From a virus, in IMG/VR virus record IMGVR_UViG_3300045988_133551, positions 1 to 50,263 of that record: DNA of 50,263 nucleotides; one strand, written 5' to 3'. The notes under the pieces are model-generated. The model worked only from the letters and a program-made list of their open reading frames with translations. It was not told the DNA's origin and did not search any database. Numbering within the stretch: position 1 is the stretch's first letter; each line of letters opens with the position of its first letter. This document shows positions 9,733 to 18,948 of this stretch, piece by piece. Made by a program: the position numbers and the translations under genes.

Positions 9733-10959
9733 GTGAAATATGATGTGACCAAGGGCGGATACATACTGCTCGGCAGGTGCGGCGAGAATCTCGCGCGGAC
9801 AGTCGAGATCGACATATCCGAATATCTCGTGGAGTATCCCGGTGCGGTGGTGACGCTGCTGCACCGGCGGCATGGCGAGAGCGGCATCTATCCCGTGGCG
9901 GCGGAGCTGCGGGACGGATGTCTCGTCTGGCAGCCCACCAGTGCGGACACGGCCATTGTGGGCGACGGCGAGGCAGAGGTGCGCGTTACGGTGGACGGTG
10001 TGCTGGCCAAGTCCAAAATCCTCTCTACTATGGTGGACAAGAGCCTGACGGGGCAGGAAACGGACGTGCCCGAGGCGAGCAAGGGCTGGGTGGACGCGGT
10101 TATCAGCGCCGTCGGCAATGTGCAGAACATGAAGGCCGAGGCCGAGAGCGTGGCGTATGGCGAACCGGCAACGGCGGAATACGATGGCAAAACAGGGACG
10201 ATGCGCTTTGGCATACCCGAAGGCAGGCCGGGCAGGGACGGCACGGATGGTAAGGACGGAGCCGCTGGGGCTAAGGGCGATAAGGGTGATCCGGGAGAAA
10301 AAGGTGAAACTGGATCGCCGGGGCCTCAGGGGGAACAAGGGCCGAAGGGTGATCCCGGAGTACAGGGGCCGAAGGGCGAGCCGGGCAACAATGCAAACGT
10401 CACGGCGGCGAATATCGAAACAGCTCTTGGGTACGCACCGGTAACGCCGTCTGCTCTGGCTACAAAGCAGGACGCTCTGACCGACGCGGACAAGCAGTCG
10501 ATCACCAAGACCGGCATGACGACCGGTGCGGCGTGGACGAGTGCCGAGCAGAAGGCGGCACGGGAGAGGATGGGCGTTGACAAAGCATATGAACTGATCG
10601 AGGAAATTACGCTGGAAGAATCCATGGCTTATGCAAGAACAAACGTCAAATACAAAAAAATAATGTTATATATTCATTCGCCATCAAGCCAGCAAGCAAC
10701 TATGCTGACCTCCTACATTGGCTCGGACACTGGTAGTAAGATTTATTCTGGGCTTAATATTTCGTCTAATACAGTTTACAAAATGGAAGCATCTGCTCAA
10801 AACGGACACATTGTTGCGATCAATTCATTGACCAAAACATTCGGACGCAACGCGGCGTATGGCGCTACTGTGCCTGACGGATGTAGCTATATCAATGAAA
10901 TTACACTATCGGTAATGGAAGCTGCAACAAAAATCGTTATTTATGCTGTCCGCGCTTAA
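9733..10959 (+). CDS. Tail fibre / receptor-binding protein with collagen-like stalk
   Basis: GTG start after AGGAGG. Has a BppU-like N-terminus, 18 G-X-Y triplets and a low-GC C-terminal domain. Confidence 0.85.
   Translation: MKYDVTKGGYILLGRCGENLARTVEIDISEYLVEYPGAVVTLLHRRHGESGIYPVAAELRDGCLVWQPTSADTAIVGDGEAEVRVTVDGVLAKSKILSTMVDKSLTGQETDVPEASKGWVDAVISAVGNVQNMKAEAESVAYGEPATAEYDGKTGTMRFGIPEGRPGRDGTDGKDGAAGAKGDKGDPGEKGETGSPGPQGEQGPKGDPGVQGPKGEPGNNANVTAANIETALGYAPVTPSALATKQDALTDADKQSITKTGMTTGAAWTSAEQKAARERMGVDKAYELIEEITLEESMAYARTNVKYKKIMLYIHSPSSQQATMLTSYIGSDTGSKIYSGLNISSNTVYKMEASAQNGHIVAINSLTKTFGRNAAYGATVPDGCSYINEITLSVMEAATKIVIYAVRA
10222..10386 (+). repeat. Collagen-like G-X-Y repeat region (coding)
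   Basis: [55 protein letters not shown]. Confidence 0.9.
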
Positions 10960-10978
10960 GGACTAAGGAGGTAACGGC

Positions 10979-11164
10979 ATGCCCAAAATTAACATCAACG
11001 GAATTATCCGAGAAATGACCGCCGAGGAAGTGGCGGAGCTGGAAGCAATGCAGGCGGAAATACCTACCCCTGAACCAACGCTGGAGCAGCGCCTCGACGT
11101 GCTGGAGGGCACGACAGACGATATCATCCTGATGATGGCAGACCTGATCGGAGGAGGTGAATAA
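10979..11164 (+). CDS. Hypothetical small acidic protein downstream of the fibre
   Basis: Strong SD AAGGAGG. 61 aa. Confidence 0.7.
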   Translation: MPKININGIIREMTAEEVAELEAMQAEIPTPEPTLEQRLDVLEGTTDDIILMMADLIGGGE

Positions 11165-11166
11165 GC

Positions 11167-11322
11167 ATGAAGACTTTGAACAATCTGAAGCTGCGGATCA
11201 TGGTGCGGGCGTTCCGCATCCGCATCGCGAACGGCGAATCCTTTGAGGACATTGCGGCGGACTACCCCGCCCTGACCACGGACGATCTTGAGGCCATCCG
11301 CGCCGCACTGGGGGTGGAGTAA
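11167..11322 (+). CDS. Hypothetical small protein (position analogous to XkdX-type fibre-associated proteins)
   Basis: 51-aa ORF below the track size cutoff. SD GGAGGAGGTGA lies 7 nt upstream, and the stop abuts the next ATG. Confidence 0.6.
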   Translation: MKTLNNLKLRIMVRAFRIRIANGESFEDIAADYPALTTDDLEAIRAALGVE

Positions 11323-11634
11323 ATGGCGAATTGGAACACGGGGCACAACCATTTCCCGGCGGATGTGGGGGTGCAGTGCGGGCGTATAGCGGGGACGACC
11401 GTATCGCATGGCGGCTATAAAGACGTAAGCGTGACGTTCCCCAAGGCATTTTACGCTGCGCCCATCGTGGTGGTGGGCTTTGAGACGGAATCGACCGCAG
11501 GGGCGTTTGGCAAATGCTCAGTGGCAGTTATGGGCACGGTGACTACCACTGGCTTTACGGCGCGCATTTTTAATGGTGATTCGACGAATCGAGCGCCGCG
11601 CGTGAGCTGGATCGCGGTGGGAACACCAAAATGA
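11323..11634 (+). CDS. Putative H-type-lectin-like / fibre C-terminal-like domain protein
   Basis: The pattern VTFPKAFYAAPIVVVGF...TTTGFTARIF...VSWIAVG resembles H-type lectin-like domains. This is a match by eye only. Confidence 0.6.
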   Translation: MANWNTGHNHFPADVGVQCGRIAGTTVSHGGYKDVSVTFPKAFYAAPIVVVGFETESTAGAFGKCSVAVMGTVTTTGFTARIFNGDSTNRAPRVSWIAVGTPK

Positions 11635-11922
11635 CAAAATGAAAAGGCCCTACTCAGATAATCTGGGCAGAGCTTTTTCGTAGGTCGTCAACGGCATTCA
11701 CATTAACAAACAAAATATTTCAATCCATGGCTGCTCAGTATCAGAGCAGATTAGCTCGGTTCTCCGAGTCCGACATTGTAAAGGAGAGGCTTATCCTTTA
11801 CGAGTATATAATAACACAGTTGAAATCGAATGTCAATATGGGGGTGAAAAAATAATGTAGTACAGCACAAATAAATGCAAATGAGCGCATATGGCGAAAA
11901 CAATTGAAAGGGCGGATGAAGA

Positions 11923-12915
11923 ATGGCAACGGTAAGAGTAGGAAGCGCGAGAATCGACGAGCGGGGCAAGGCCTACGGAGGCAAGGCGGGCGACCAGACC
12001 GGGCGCGAGCTGAGCACGCAGAAGTGGTATCTGCACAAAAAGGGCTGGCGGGTGTTCCGCGCCAAGGATCGCGCGGCGGCGCTGAGGATCGCCGCGGACA
12101 TGGAGGCGGCGTGCAAGAACAGCCACATCGGCTACGACCAGTGGCAGCGCAACACGCTGTACAAGGTGGCCGAGCCGCTGGGCTTCGACTGCGGAAAGGT
12201 CAGAACGGACTGCGAGACGGACTGCTCTGCGTTGGTGCGCGTGTGCTGCGCCTATGCGGGCATTATGGGTCTGCCGAGCGATTTCCGCACCGGCAATATG
12301 CCGAAAAATCTGCTGGCGACGGGCGCATTTGTGGAATTGCGCGGCGCGAAGTACACCGACCAGAGCGCGTACCTCGGCAAGGGCGACATCCTCGTGACCA
12401 AGACCAACGGCCACACGGTGGTGGTGCTGGACGACGGCGCGAAGTACGAGGGCGCGGTGGAGGCCAGGGAGTACGCGCTGGGCGAGCGGCTGCTGAAGCA
12501 CGGCGCGGAGGGCGCGGACGTGAAGCAGCTCCAGCAGTACCTCATCCAGCTGGGCTACGATCTGGGCAAGTGGGGCGCGGACGGCGAGTTCGGCGACGCC
12601 ACAGAGTTTGCGGTGAGGGCGTTTCAGGGGGATCACAAGCTCGGCATGGACGGCCAGTACGGCCCCAAGAGCCATGCGGCCATGCTGGAGGCGCTAGAAG
12701 CGGACGAGCCGGAGGCGGAGCATCGCTATGTGGCCATCGAGGGCGGCAATTGCTACGTGCGCACCGCGCCCAACACCGACGGCAAAATCCTCGGCGTTGC
12801 CCATCGGGGCGACGTGCTCCCCTATGGCGGCGAGAAGGCCGACAACGGCTGGCTGCTGGTTGCCTTTGAAAACCAGAACGCCTGGGTGTCCGGCAAATAC
12901 GGCAAGCTGAAATAA
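11923..12915 (+). CDS. Endolysin: Cys-His peptidoglycan hydrolase + PG_binding_1 + SH3 domains
   Basis: DCSALV and GHTVVV suggest a papain-like catalytic pair. GADVKQLQQYLIQLGY...DGEFG is the PG-binding repeat. The C-terminus is SH3-like (YVRTAPNTDGKILG...GWLLV). Confidence 0.85.
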   Translation: MATVRVGSARIDERGKAYGGKAGDQTGRELSTQKWYLHKKGWRVFRAKDRAAALRIAADMEAACKNSHIGYDQWQRNTLYKVAEPLGFDCGKVRTDCETDCSALVRVCCAYAGIMGLPSDFRTGNMPKNLLATGAFVELRGAKYTDQSAYLGKGDILVTKTNGHTVVVLDDGAKYEGAVEAREYALGERLLKHGAEGADVKQLQQYLIQLGYDLGKWGADGEFGDATEFAVRAFQGDHKLGMDGQYGPKSHAAMLEALEADEPEAEHRYVAIEGGNCYVRTAPNTDGKILGVAHRGDVLPYGGEKADNGWLLVAFENQNAWVSGKYGKLK

Positions 12916-12936
12916 TAAGATCGGAGGGCGAGGCCC

Positions 12937-13284
12937 ATGAACGACGAAAACCATCTGAATGCAATTGGAGAGGAACTCGCGGCGCTGAAGGCCAGCAATG
13001 AGTCCGATCATAAGAGCTACCAGCGCCGCCTCAATGCGCTGGAGGACGCGCAGCACCAACAGACGCGGATGCTGCTGGACATCCAAAACATCTCCAACGC
13101 CCAGCAGAATATCCTGTCCACTATCAACAGCATCGACGGCAAGGTGGACAAGCTGGGCAAGCGCATCGACGTGATCGAGAAGGAGCCGGGCGACAAATGG
13201 AAAAAGCTGGCCTTTGAGATCGTCAAATACGTCGTGCTGGCCGCCGTCGGCGTGGCGGTAGGCTACATCATCAAAGGGGTATAA
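12937..13284 (+). CDS. XhlA-like lysis-associated protein (coiled coil + C-terminal TM anchor)
   Basis: Coiled-coil N-terminus with a C-terminal helix LAFEIVKYVVLAAVGVAVGYII, located between the endolysin and the holin. Confidence 0.7.
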   Translation: MNDENHLNAIGEELAALKASNESDHKSYQRRLNALEDAQHQQTRMLLDIQNISNAQQNILSTINSIDGKVDKLGKRIDVIEKEPGDKWKKLAFEIVKYVVLAAVGVAVGYIIKGV

Positions 13285-13302
13285 CGAGAAAGGAGAAAAA
13301 CA

Positions 13303-13662
13303 ATGAACATCAATCTGACCCCCATCATACAGGCGATCATCGCGCTGCTTGCGGCGCTGATCACCTACAAGCTGATCCCGTGGATCAAGGCGCGGACGAC
13401 CAACGAGCAGCAGGCGCTACTCAAAGCGACCATCAAGACGATGGTCTTTGCCGCCGAACAGCTCTACGGAGCCAAAAGCGGCTCCGAGAAACTGGACTGG
13501 GTGATCTACCAGCTCAGTCAGCGCGGCTACAGCGTGGATCGAAGCGAAATTGAAGCAATTATTAAAGAAAACATGGATGCCCTGCACACTTACTCCCCCA
13601 GCGAGACGAAGGCACGGGAGGAGGAAACCGAAGCCGAGGACGAAAAGCCTCCCGAGGAATAA
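13303..13662 (+). CDS. Holin (LL-H / holin superfamily 6-like)
   Basis: N-terminal TM helix IIQAIIALLAALITYKLIPWI, then GSEKLDWVIYQLSQRGYSVD..IEAIIKENM, then an acidic tail. Confidence 0.75.
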   Translation: MNINLTPIIQAIIALLAALITYKLIPWIKARTTNEQQALLKATIKTMVFAAEQLYGAKSGSEKLDWVIYQLSQRGYSVDRSEIEAIIKENMDALHTYSPSETKAREEETEAEDEKPPEE

Positions 13663-13680
13663 CCCCGGGAGGCCGCGCAT

Positions 13681-13929
13681 ATGATGAAATACGACGAGTA
13701 CCCGCAGTTTGACGGCGTGACCTCGTCGGTGATGTCGCGCCTCATCATCGAGGCGCGGCTCGCGCCGTCAGATGTGCATATCGCCGCATCACGCCTCGTC
13801 TGGGGTATGGACTATGCGGACATCGCCGCGGCGGTGGGCATGGACAGGAGCGCCGTTTCCAAGCGCCTGCGCGGGCAGATCGTCCCGCGCATCGAGCTGG
13901 TGATGCAGGCGGTGGACAAGTGTATGTAG
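13681..13929 (+). CDS. Small sigma-70 region-4-like HTH protein
   Basis: DYADIAAAVGMDRSAVSKRLRG is an HTH motif. SD GGGAGG. Confidence 0.65.
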   Translation: MMKYDEYPQFDGVTSSVMSRLIIEARLAPSDVHIAASRLVWGMDYADIAAAVGMDRSAVSKRLRGQIVPRIELVMQAVDKCM

Positions 13930-13936
13930 GCTTTCA

Positions 13937-13966
13937 GGCCGGTGGAGCAATCCACCGGCCTTTTTT
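13937..13966 (+). terminator. Rho-independent terminator (end of tail/lysis operon)
   Basis: ggccggtgga-gcaa-tccaccggcc, a perfect 10-bp stem, followed by tttttt. Confidence 0.9.
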
Positions 13967-14012
13967 CTTTTGGCTTTTTTGCAAAAAAGTTTGGAAAACC
14001 CCGTGAAAAGGC

Positions 14013-14041
14013 TTGACAATATATCAAAAATGATATATAAT
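14013..14041 (+). promoter_or_regulatory. Exact consensus sigma-70/sigA promoter (TTGACA-17-TATAAT)
   Basis: ttgaca at 14013..14018, a 17-nt spacer, and tataat at 14036..14041. Confidence 0.8.
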
Positions 14042-14107
14042 ATAGTCGCAAGGTTGAGGGAAGCAAGAGCGACCGGCGGCAGAGCCGCAGAAAGTGGAGG
14101 AAATACA

Positions 14108-14629
14108 ATGGCAATGGCAAGCGTGAAACTCATCTGCAAAAAGTGCGGCAACGAGTTTACTTGGCGGAGAAACTGCTACAACCGCCGGGACGCGGATAAC
14201 AGTGAAAGCTGGGCTCGTGAGAATGTTACCCTCTGCCCCGAATGCGCAGCGGAAGTGCGTCGCGAAGCGGAAGCCGCCAAGCAGGCCGAGGCCGTCAAGG
14301 GCCTGTCTGTGGAGCTGCCCGAGAACCTCACCGGCAGCGAAAAGCAGATCGCCTGGGCGAAGGACATCCGCGAGAAGTACGCGCTGATGATCCAGCGCGA
14401 ATACGTCAACGAGGCCGACGACGACCTCCGCGTCTACTACGTCAAGGTGCTCGACGTAATCATCGCCGAAAACCCCAGCGCCAAGTGGTGGATTGACCAC
14501 CGCGACGAGCTGAAGGACATCACCTCCGGCGGCCAGATGTATGTCGACCGCATGGATAAGTGGGTGGCCGAGTATCAGGTCAGCGATCCCGAGGGCTATG
14601 CCAAGATGATGGAGATCGCCAACAGCTAA
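14108..14629 (+). CDS. Hypothetical zinc-ribbon protein (accessory cassette 1, gene 1)
   Basis: ATG lies after GGAGGAAATACA. Contains CKKCG...CPEC, then LTGSEKQIAWAKDIREKY. I cannot name a family. Confidence 0.7.
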   Translation: MAMASVKLICKKCGNEFTWRRNCYNRRDADNSESWARENVTLCPECAAEVRREAEAAKQAEAVKGLSVELPENLTGSEKQIAWAKDIREKYALMIQREYVNEADDDLRVYYVKVLDVIIAENPSAKWWIDHRDELKDITSGGQMYVDRMDKWVAEYQVSDPEGYAKMMEIANS

Positions 14630-14681
14630 GACAATCAAGCCCTCCTGGCTGGGCGAAAAACCGGGGGAAGGGGGAAAATAA

Positions 14682-15161
14682 ATGGACATCAACATCGAAC
14701 TCCACGAGAAGACCTACCAGAACGGCGATGTGCCGGATCACAGCATCCTGACGTTGGACATCTACCACCACAAGGACATCCTCAACGGGCTCAAGATCTG
14801 CGCGGGGGAATTTGGCATCGACGAAGTTTTAAAGCTCGGGAATGGCGGTCTGAAAGAAGTCGAATTTGACATTCCAAGTAATAAGGGAAGCGTCCTCGCG
14901 AAAATAAGGTACGGCGAAGCCCTCCAGCTGACAGAATTTGGCCGCGCGTCTCTTAAACGGGAAATCCGCTTTTATCCTCCGCTGATCGATCTGGACGGCG
15001 AAATTTACGCCGTACTGAAAGAAGGGCTCCACTTGGTGCTCAAATGCCCAGGAATCATATGGCATGACGGCGAGTGGTGCGTCCCGCGCGATAATCTTAA
15101 GTATCACGACGGGGGCATGTGGAGCGATACTGTATTTGCGGACATGGCGGATACACACTGA
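14682..15161 (+). CDS. Hypothetical protein (accessory cassette 1, gene 2)
   Basis: 159-aa ORF with SD GGGGGAAGGGGG. GC is lower than the flanking regions. Confidence 0.65.
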   Translation: MDINIELHEKTYQNGDVPDHSILTLDIYHHKDILNGLKICAGEFGIDEVLKLGNGGLKEVEFDIPSNKGSVLAKIRYGEALQLTEFGRASLKREIRFYPPLIDLDGEIYAVLKEGLHLVLKCPGIIWHDGEWCVPRDNLKYHDGGMWSDTVFADMADTH

Positions 15162-15222
15162 GCCCATTCGACGGCCCAGCGCCATTTGGCGCTGGGCATG
15201 AGCTGTTGGGGGGAAGCATAAG

Positions 15223-16251
15223 ATGCGATTACCTGAATTTTTTGCAAAAAACATCCTTAATCGCCATCCCAAAGCAGTTGAAATCATCGCACGCCTTGAG
15301 GACTGCCGCCTGGCGCTTGAAGCTGACGGTGAATGGCCAAGCTGGTGCGCATTGCCGATGGCCGTGACCTACACTGCACTTGCAGCGGAACTGGGCGTGG
15401 AGCGCCTTGACATCGACACAATCCACGATCTTGCGCCGCTGACCGCTGCGTGGATATGGTCAAAGACCAAGCAGCTATTTGCATTTGACGAAACGCTGCT
15501 TGCAGAGCTGATGGAGCAGCCGTTTGATGGGGCGATCCCGAGCGACGCGCTGAAACGCCTACCCGTGCCCTGCGTATACGTAGATAACATGCTTGGGATG
15601 GGGAAGGATTGCGCAAAAGGATTTTTTGCATGGATCGAGTATGACAATGCCAACCAATGGGCAGAACTGCGTCTGCTAATTTTGCTGAAGGAGAATTACG
15701 CGGAATCCTATGTTTGCCCATTGCGCGGAACCATCGGTGAATCGCTGGAAGCGTTGTATGAGGCGGGTCAGAAATCGGCAGATGCGGAAATGCTCCCACT
15801 GATTGAAAAGGCAGGCGACAATCTCGAAGCCATAGCGGGAATGATCGCAAAAATCCTAAACGTGCTCCTCTATCTGTGCGCAGAGGAGCCAGAATACACA
15901 ACACAACCCCGAAGATACAGCAGGACACCGTCGGGATTTACCGCTGAGCACCCGCCGAGGAAAACCGCCGTAACGGTGGTAGGAGAACGGATTGGCGCTA
16001 CAATCAGGGCAGGGCGCAGGTCATATGCATCTAGATCAGGAGAAAACAGCGGAAGGACGCATGCGTCACCGGTGCCGCATATCCGCCGGGCGCACTGGCA
16101 TCACTATTGGACAGGTGCATACGATTCGGCGGATCGACGACTGGTGCTCAAATGGACACCGCCGGTGTTTGTCGGAAACGATGCGCCAGTCACAACAATA
16201 CGGCCAGTAAAAGGAGCAAAAAATGAGGACAGACCCACGGGAAAACCATAA
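15223..16251 (+). CDS. Hypothetical protein with a basic C-terminal HIRRAHWHHYWTG motif (accessory cassette 1, gene 3)
   Basis: 342-aa ORF. I do not recognise the family. Confidence 0.65.
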   Translation: MRLPEFFAKNILNRHPKAVEIIARLEDCRLALEADGEWPSWCALPMAVTYTALAAELGVERLDIDTIHDLAPLTAAWIWSKTKQLFAFDETLLAELMEQPFDGAIPSDALKRLPVPCVYVDNMLGMGKDCAKGFFAWIEYDNANQWAELRLLILLKENYAESYVCPLRGTIGESLEALYEAGQKSADAEMLPLIEKAGDNLEAIAGMIAKILNVLLYLCAEEPEYTTQPRRYSRTPSGFTAEHPPRKTAVTVVGERIGATIRAGRRSYASRSGENSGRTHASPVPHIRRAHWHHYWTGAYDSADRRLVLKWTPPVFVGNDAPVTTIRPVKGAKNEDRPTGKP

Positions 16252-16444
16252 TACCAGCCATAGCCCCATTGCCCAGCGCCGTATCGCACTGGGCATGACC
16301 CAGAAGCAACTCGCCGAGGTGATCGGGACGACACAGGCGATGATTGCGCGATGGGAAGCGGCAAAACACGCGCCTAATGGGACGACGCTAATGAAATTGT
16401 CTAATGCGTTGAATTGCACAATAGACGAATTGATGGAAAACTGA
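16223..16444 (+). CDS. XRE-family HTH regulator (accessory cassette 1, gene 4)
   Basis: SD AAGGAG. IAQRRIALGMTQKQLAEVIGTTQAMIARWE is a classic XRE HTH. Overlaps the previous gene by 29 nt. Confidence 0.8.
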   Translation: MRTDPRENHNTSHSPIAQRRIALGMTQKQLAEVIGTTQAMIARWEAAKHAPNGTTLMKLSNALNCTIDELMEN

Positions 16445-16448
16445 CCGC

Positions 16449-16493
16449 AATACCGGCAAACCCGCAATGGGGGGTGCCGGTATTTTCATTTTT
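16449..16493 (+). terminator. Rho-independent terminator
   Basis: aataccggca...tgccggtatt 10-bp stem followed by a T-rich tract. Confidence 0.75.
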
Positions 16494-16694
16494 GACCGCA
16501 TTTTCCGCAAGTGTACTTTATTTTTTGATATATCTCATGTTTTGTCTTAAGTTATCCCAAGTTAGTTTTAAGTTTTTTGCGACTACTCATTAGTTACTCT
16601 TCACTTTTTTTGATTTTTCCCACAAACCCCGCATAACTTCCCGCGCCGCATCGCTACCTGTGCGAAAATGACCTCAGAAAGCGAGGTGCAACGC

Positions 16695-17105
16695 ATGGCT
16701 TATAACTACCCATTCCCCCAGCCCGCTGTGCCGGGATATTTCAACGCCAACTACATGCCCCCTCAGCCCCAGATGATGCAGATGACGCAACAGCTGCAGC
16801 CGCAAATGCAGCCGCAGAATAATCCCATGCTGCTGTCCGTCCCCGACGAGCTGACGGCGCGCAACGCGCAGTTTCCGATGGACGGCAGTCCGGCGTATTT
16901 TATCAACGCCAATGGGCAGGAGATTTACTCCAAGCAGTTGTCAATGGCCAACGGCTCCGTGATTTTCCGCCGCTTCCGGCGGGAGGAAGAAGCGAAGCCC
17001 GAAGCGCCGGCATATGTCACACACGATGAGATGAACGCGAAGCTCAGCGAGCTGTATCAGCTCATCGGCGACGCGACCTCTCCGGCGGGAGGTGAAGCAA
17101 AATGA
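16695..17105 (+). CDS. Q/P/M-rich hypothetical protein (accessory cassette 2, gene 1)
   Basis: ATG lies 7 nt after GAGGTG. The N-terminus is low-complexity: MAYNYPFPQPAVPGYFNANYMPPQPQMMQMTQQLQPQMQPQNNP. Confidence 0.65.
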   Translation: MAYNYPFPQPAVPGYFNANYMPPQPQMMQMTQQLQPQMQPQNNPMLLSVPDELTARNAQFPMDGSPAYFINANGQEIYSKQLSMANGSVIFRRFRREEEAKPEAPAYVTHDEMNAKLSELYQLIGDATSPAGGEAK

Positions 17106-17326
17106 TGAATCTGATGGGTCTGATGCAGATGATGCAGGGCGGCGGAAACCCCATGCAGCTCGCCCAGATGTTCGCGAGCCAGAATCCACAGGCGGCTCCG
17201 GCGATGCAGATGATCCAGGGCAAATCGCCCGATCAGCTCAAAGAGGTGTTTTACAACCTCTGCAAATCCAAGGGCCTCAACCCGCAGGACATTGCGCGCC
17301 AGTGCGGCGTGACGCTTCCGCAGTGA
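17102..17326 (+). CDS. M/Q-rich small hypothetical protein (accessory cassette 2, gene 2)
   Basis: ATGA overlap with the previous gene. Sequence begins MMNLMGLMQMMQGGGNPMQLAQMF... Confidence 0.6.
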   Translation: MMNLMGLMQMMQGGGNPMQLAQMFASQNPQAAPAMQMIQGKSPDQLKEVFYNLCKSKGLNPQDIARQCGVTLPQ

Positions 17327-17385
17327 TAAGATTTCGCCCTTGCGATCGGAGGGCGAGAAAAAATAAATGAAAGGGGAACACAATT

Positions 17386-18090
17386 ATGGACAATGAAATG
17401 ACGGCCTTTCTGGCCGGTCAGAACTCCACGGATCGGAATAACTGCTATGATGGCATGGGCTTCGGCGGTGGCTGGTTTATCTGGATCATCCTGATCTTTG
17501 CCATCTTCATGGGCAACGGTTTCGGCGGCTGGGGCAACAACGGCGCGCTTCAGGGTGCGCTCACCCGCGGCGAGATGGCCGACGGTTTTAACACCGCCGA
17601 AATCCTCCGCAACCAGAACGGCCTGATGCGTGACCAGTTTGGCGTGCAGCGCGACGTGCTGGAGAATCGATACAACACCCAGCTCGGCTTGGCCGGCATT
17701 GACAAGTCGATCATGGAAAATCGGTTTGCCGCCCAGCAGTGTTGCTGCGAGACTCAGAAGGAAATCATGCAGAACCGCTACGACGCGGCCCTGCAGGCTC
17801 AGGCCATGCAGGCCCAGCAGGCGCAGTGCTGCTGCGACGTGAAGACGGCGATCCACGCGGAGGGCGAGGCCACCCGCGCGCTCATCAACGCCAACACAAT
17901 GCAGGAGCTGCGCGACAACCTGCAGGCGGCCCAGCTCCAGCTCGGCACGCTGTCGCAGACCAACACGCTGCTCTCGGCCATCAACAAGACCCCTGTGCCG
18001 GCGTATCTGACGTGCAGCCCGTATCAGTCGGGCTACAACCCCTACGCCACGCAGGGCTGCGGAAGCTGCGGAGCCGGTTACGTCGCGTAA
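17386..18090 (+). CDS. Membrane-anchored coiled-coil protein with CCC clusters (accessory cassette 2, gene 3)
   Basis: GMGFGGGWFIWIILIFAIFMGNGFGGWG is a Gly-rich TM segment reminiscent of YjcZ-type sporulation peptides. There are two CCC triplets and a C-terminal CGSCG. Confidence 0.7.
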   Translation: MDNEMTAFLAGQNSTDRNNCYDGMGFGGGWFIWIILIFAIFMGNGFGGWGNNGALQGALTRGEMADGFNTAEILRNQNGLMRDQFGVQRDVLENRYNTQLGLAGIDKSIMENRFAAQQCCCETQKEIMQNRYDAALQAQAMQAQQAQCCCDVKTAIHAEGEATRALINANTMQELRDNLQAAQLQLGTLSQTNTLLSAINKTPVPAYLTCSPYQSGYNPYATQGCGSCGAGYVA

Positions 18091-18176
18091 CCAACTGACA
18101 TACGCGTTATAACAGCGCCTGCGCCCGTCCGAGCCATGCGCCGGGCGGGCGTTATGAATTGGAAAGGAGAAACGAT

Positions 18177-18611
18177 ATGTCCTGCAATTGCAAAAACATC
18201 CACCAAAAGTCTGCGCAGGCCGCATACAACGCCGCTTTGCAGACCTACACCGCCGATGGGACGACCATCAACGTGCTCGGCACCCAGATCACCGACACCG
18301 GCTGCTCCATCACCACCCAGAGCGGCGGCTTCCGCATCAACGCCGGCGGCCTGTTCCGCGTCAGCTATGACGTGACCAGCACTCCCGGTGCGGCAGGCGC
18401 TCAGGTGCTCCAGCTCTACAACGGCTCCACGCCCATGCCCTGCGCGATGACCACGGATACCGTGGCAGCAGGAGGCGAAATCACCCAGCACGTGGAGACG
18501 GTGGTGCGGCTGGCCACCTGCTGCGCGATCCAGCCCGTCATCAGCGCGCGTCTGAGCGGTGCTGCCGGAACGGTCAGCCACGTATGCGCCAGCGCGGTCA
18601 AGCTGGCCTAA
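18177..18611 (+). CDS. Putative beta-sandwich/jelly-roll protein with an N-terminal CxC motif (accessory cassette 2, gene 4)
   Basis: ATG lies 7 nt after AAGGAG and the protein starts MSCNCKN. GGFRINAGGLFRVSYDVTS...VLQLYNGS...ETVVRL resembles BclA-C1q-like or Ena-like folds (by eye only). Confidence 0.65.
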   Translation: MSCNCKNIHQKSAQAAYNAALQTYTADGTTINVLGTQITDTGCSITTQSGGFRINAGGLFRVSYDVTSTPGAAGAQVLQLYNGSTPMPCAMTTDTVAAGGEITQHVETVVRLATCCAIQPVISARLSGAAGTVSHVCASAVKLA

Positions 18612-18623
18612 GGAGGCGCGGAT

Positions 18624-18944
18624 ATGAAGATCATCAAGCGCCTGAGCAACGACATCGCCGGCAACATCGAGGAGGCCCGCGGCAAAATCCGCACGGCCTA
18701 CGACCTCAAGGCGGAGCATCCCGAGGCCGCCGCGTGGTATCGCGAGATGGCCGCGGCCCACATCAATTTCAACACTAACGGTCACGCCGTTGTGAAGAAG
18801 CTGATCGATGGCTACAAGGCCTCAGAGGAGTACAAGCGCAACCCCGCCTACGCCGACGGCATGATCGCCGCGTGGGAAGCCATCCACAACGACCTCATCG
18901 CCAAGACCGCAGAGGTCAAGGCGATGATCGATGGGTGGAAATGA
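18624..18944 (+). CDS. Hypothetical helical protein (accessory cassette 2, gene 5)
   Basis: 106-aa ORF with SD AAGGAGG. Confidence 0.65.
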   Translation: MKIIKRLSNDIAGNIEEARGKIRTAYDLKAEHPEAAAWYREMAAAHINFNTNGHAVVKKLIDGYKASEEYKRNPAYADGMIAAWEAIHNDLIAKTAEVKAMIDGWK

Positions 18945-18948
18945 ATTA

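Noticed and set aside
9733-10959. Diversity-generating retroelement targeting the fibre tip.
   Set aside because: I found no reverse transcriptase gene and no template-repeat copy of the fibre 3' end anywhere in the genome. The low-GC tip is better explained by cassette exchange.
11727-11855. 42-aa plus-strand ORF in the AT-rich gap before the endolysin gene, and the minus-strand ORF 11751..11969.
   Set aside because: Neither has an SD, and the minus-strand ORF overlaps the endolysin start. The region more likely holds regulatory sequence or a gene remnant. No claim is made.
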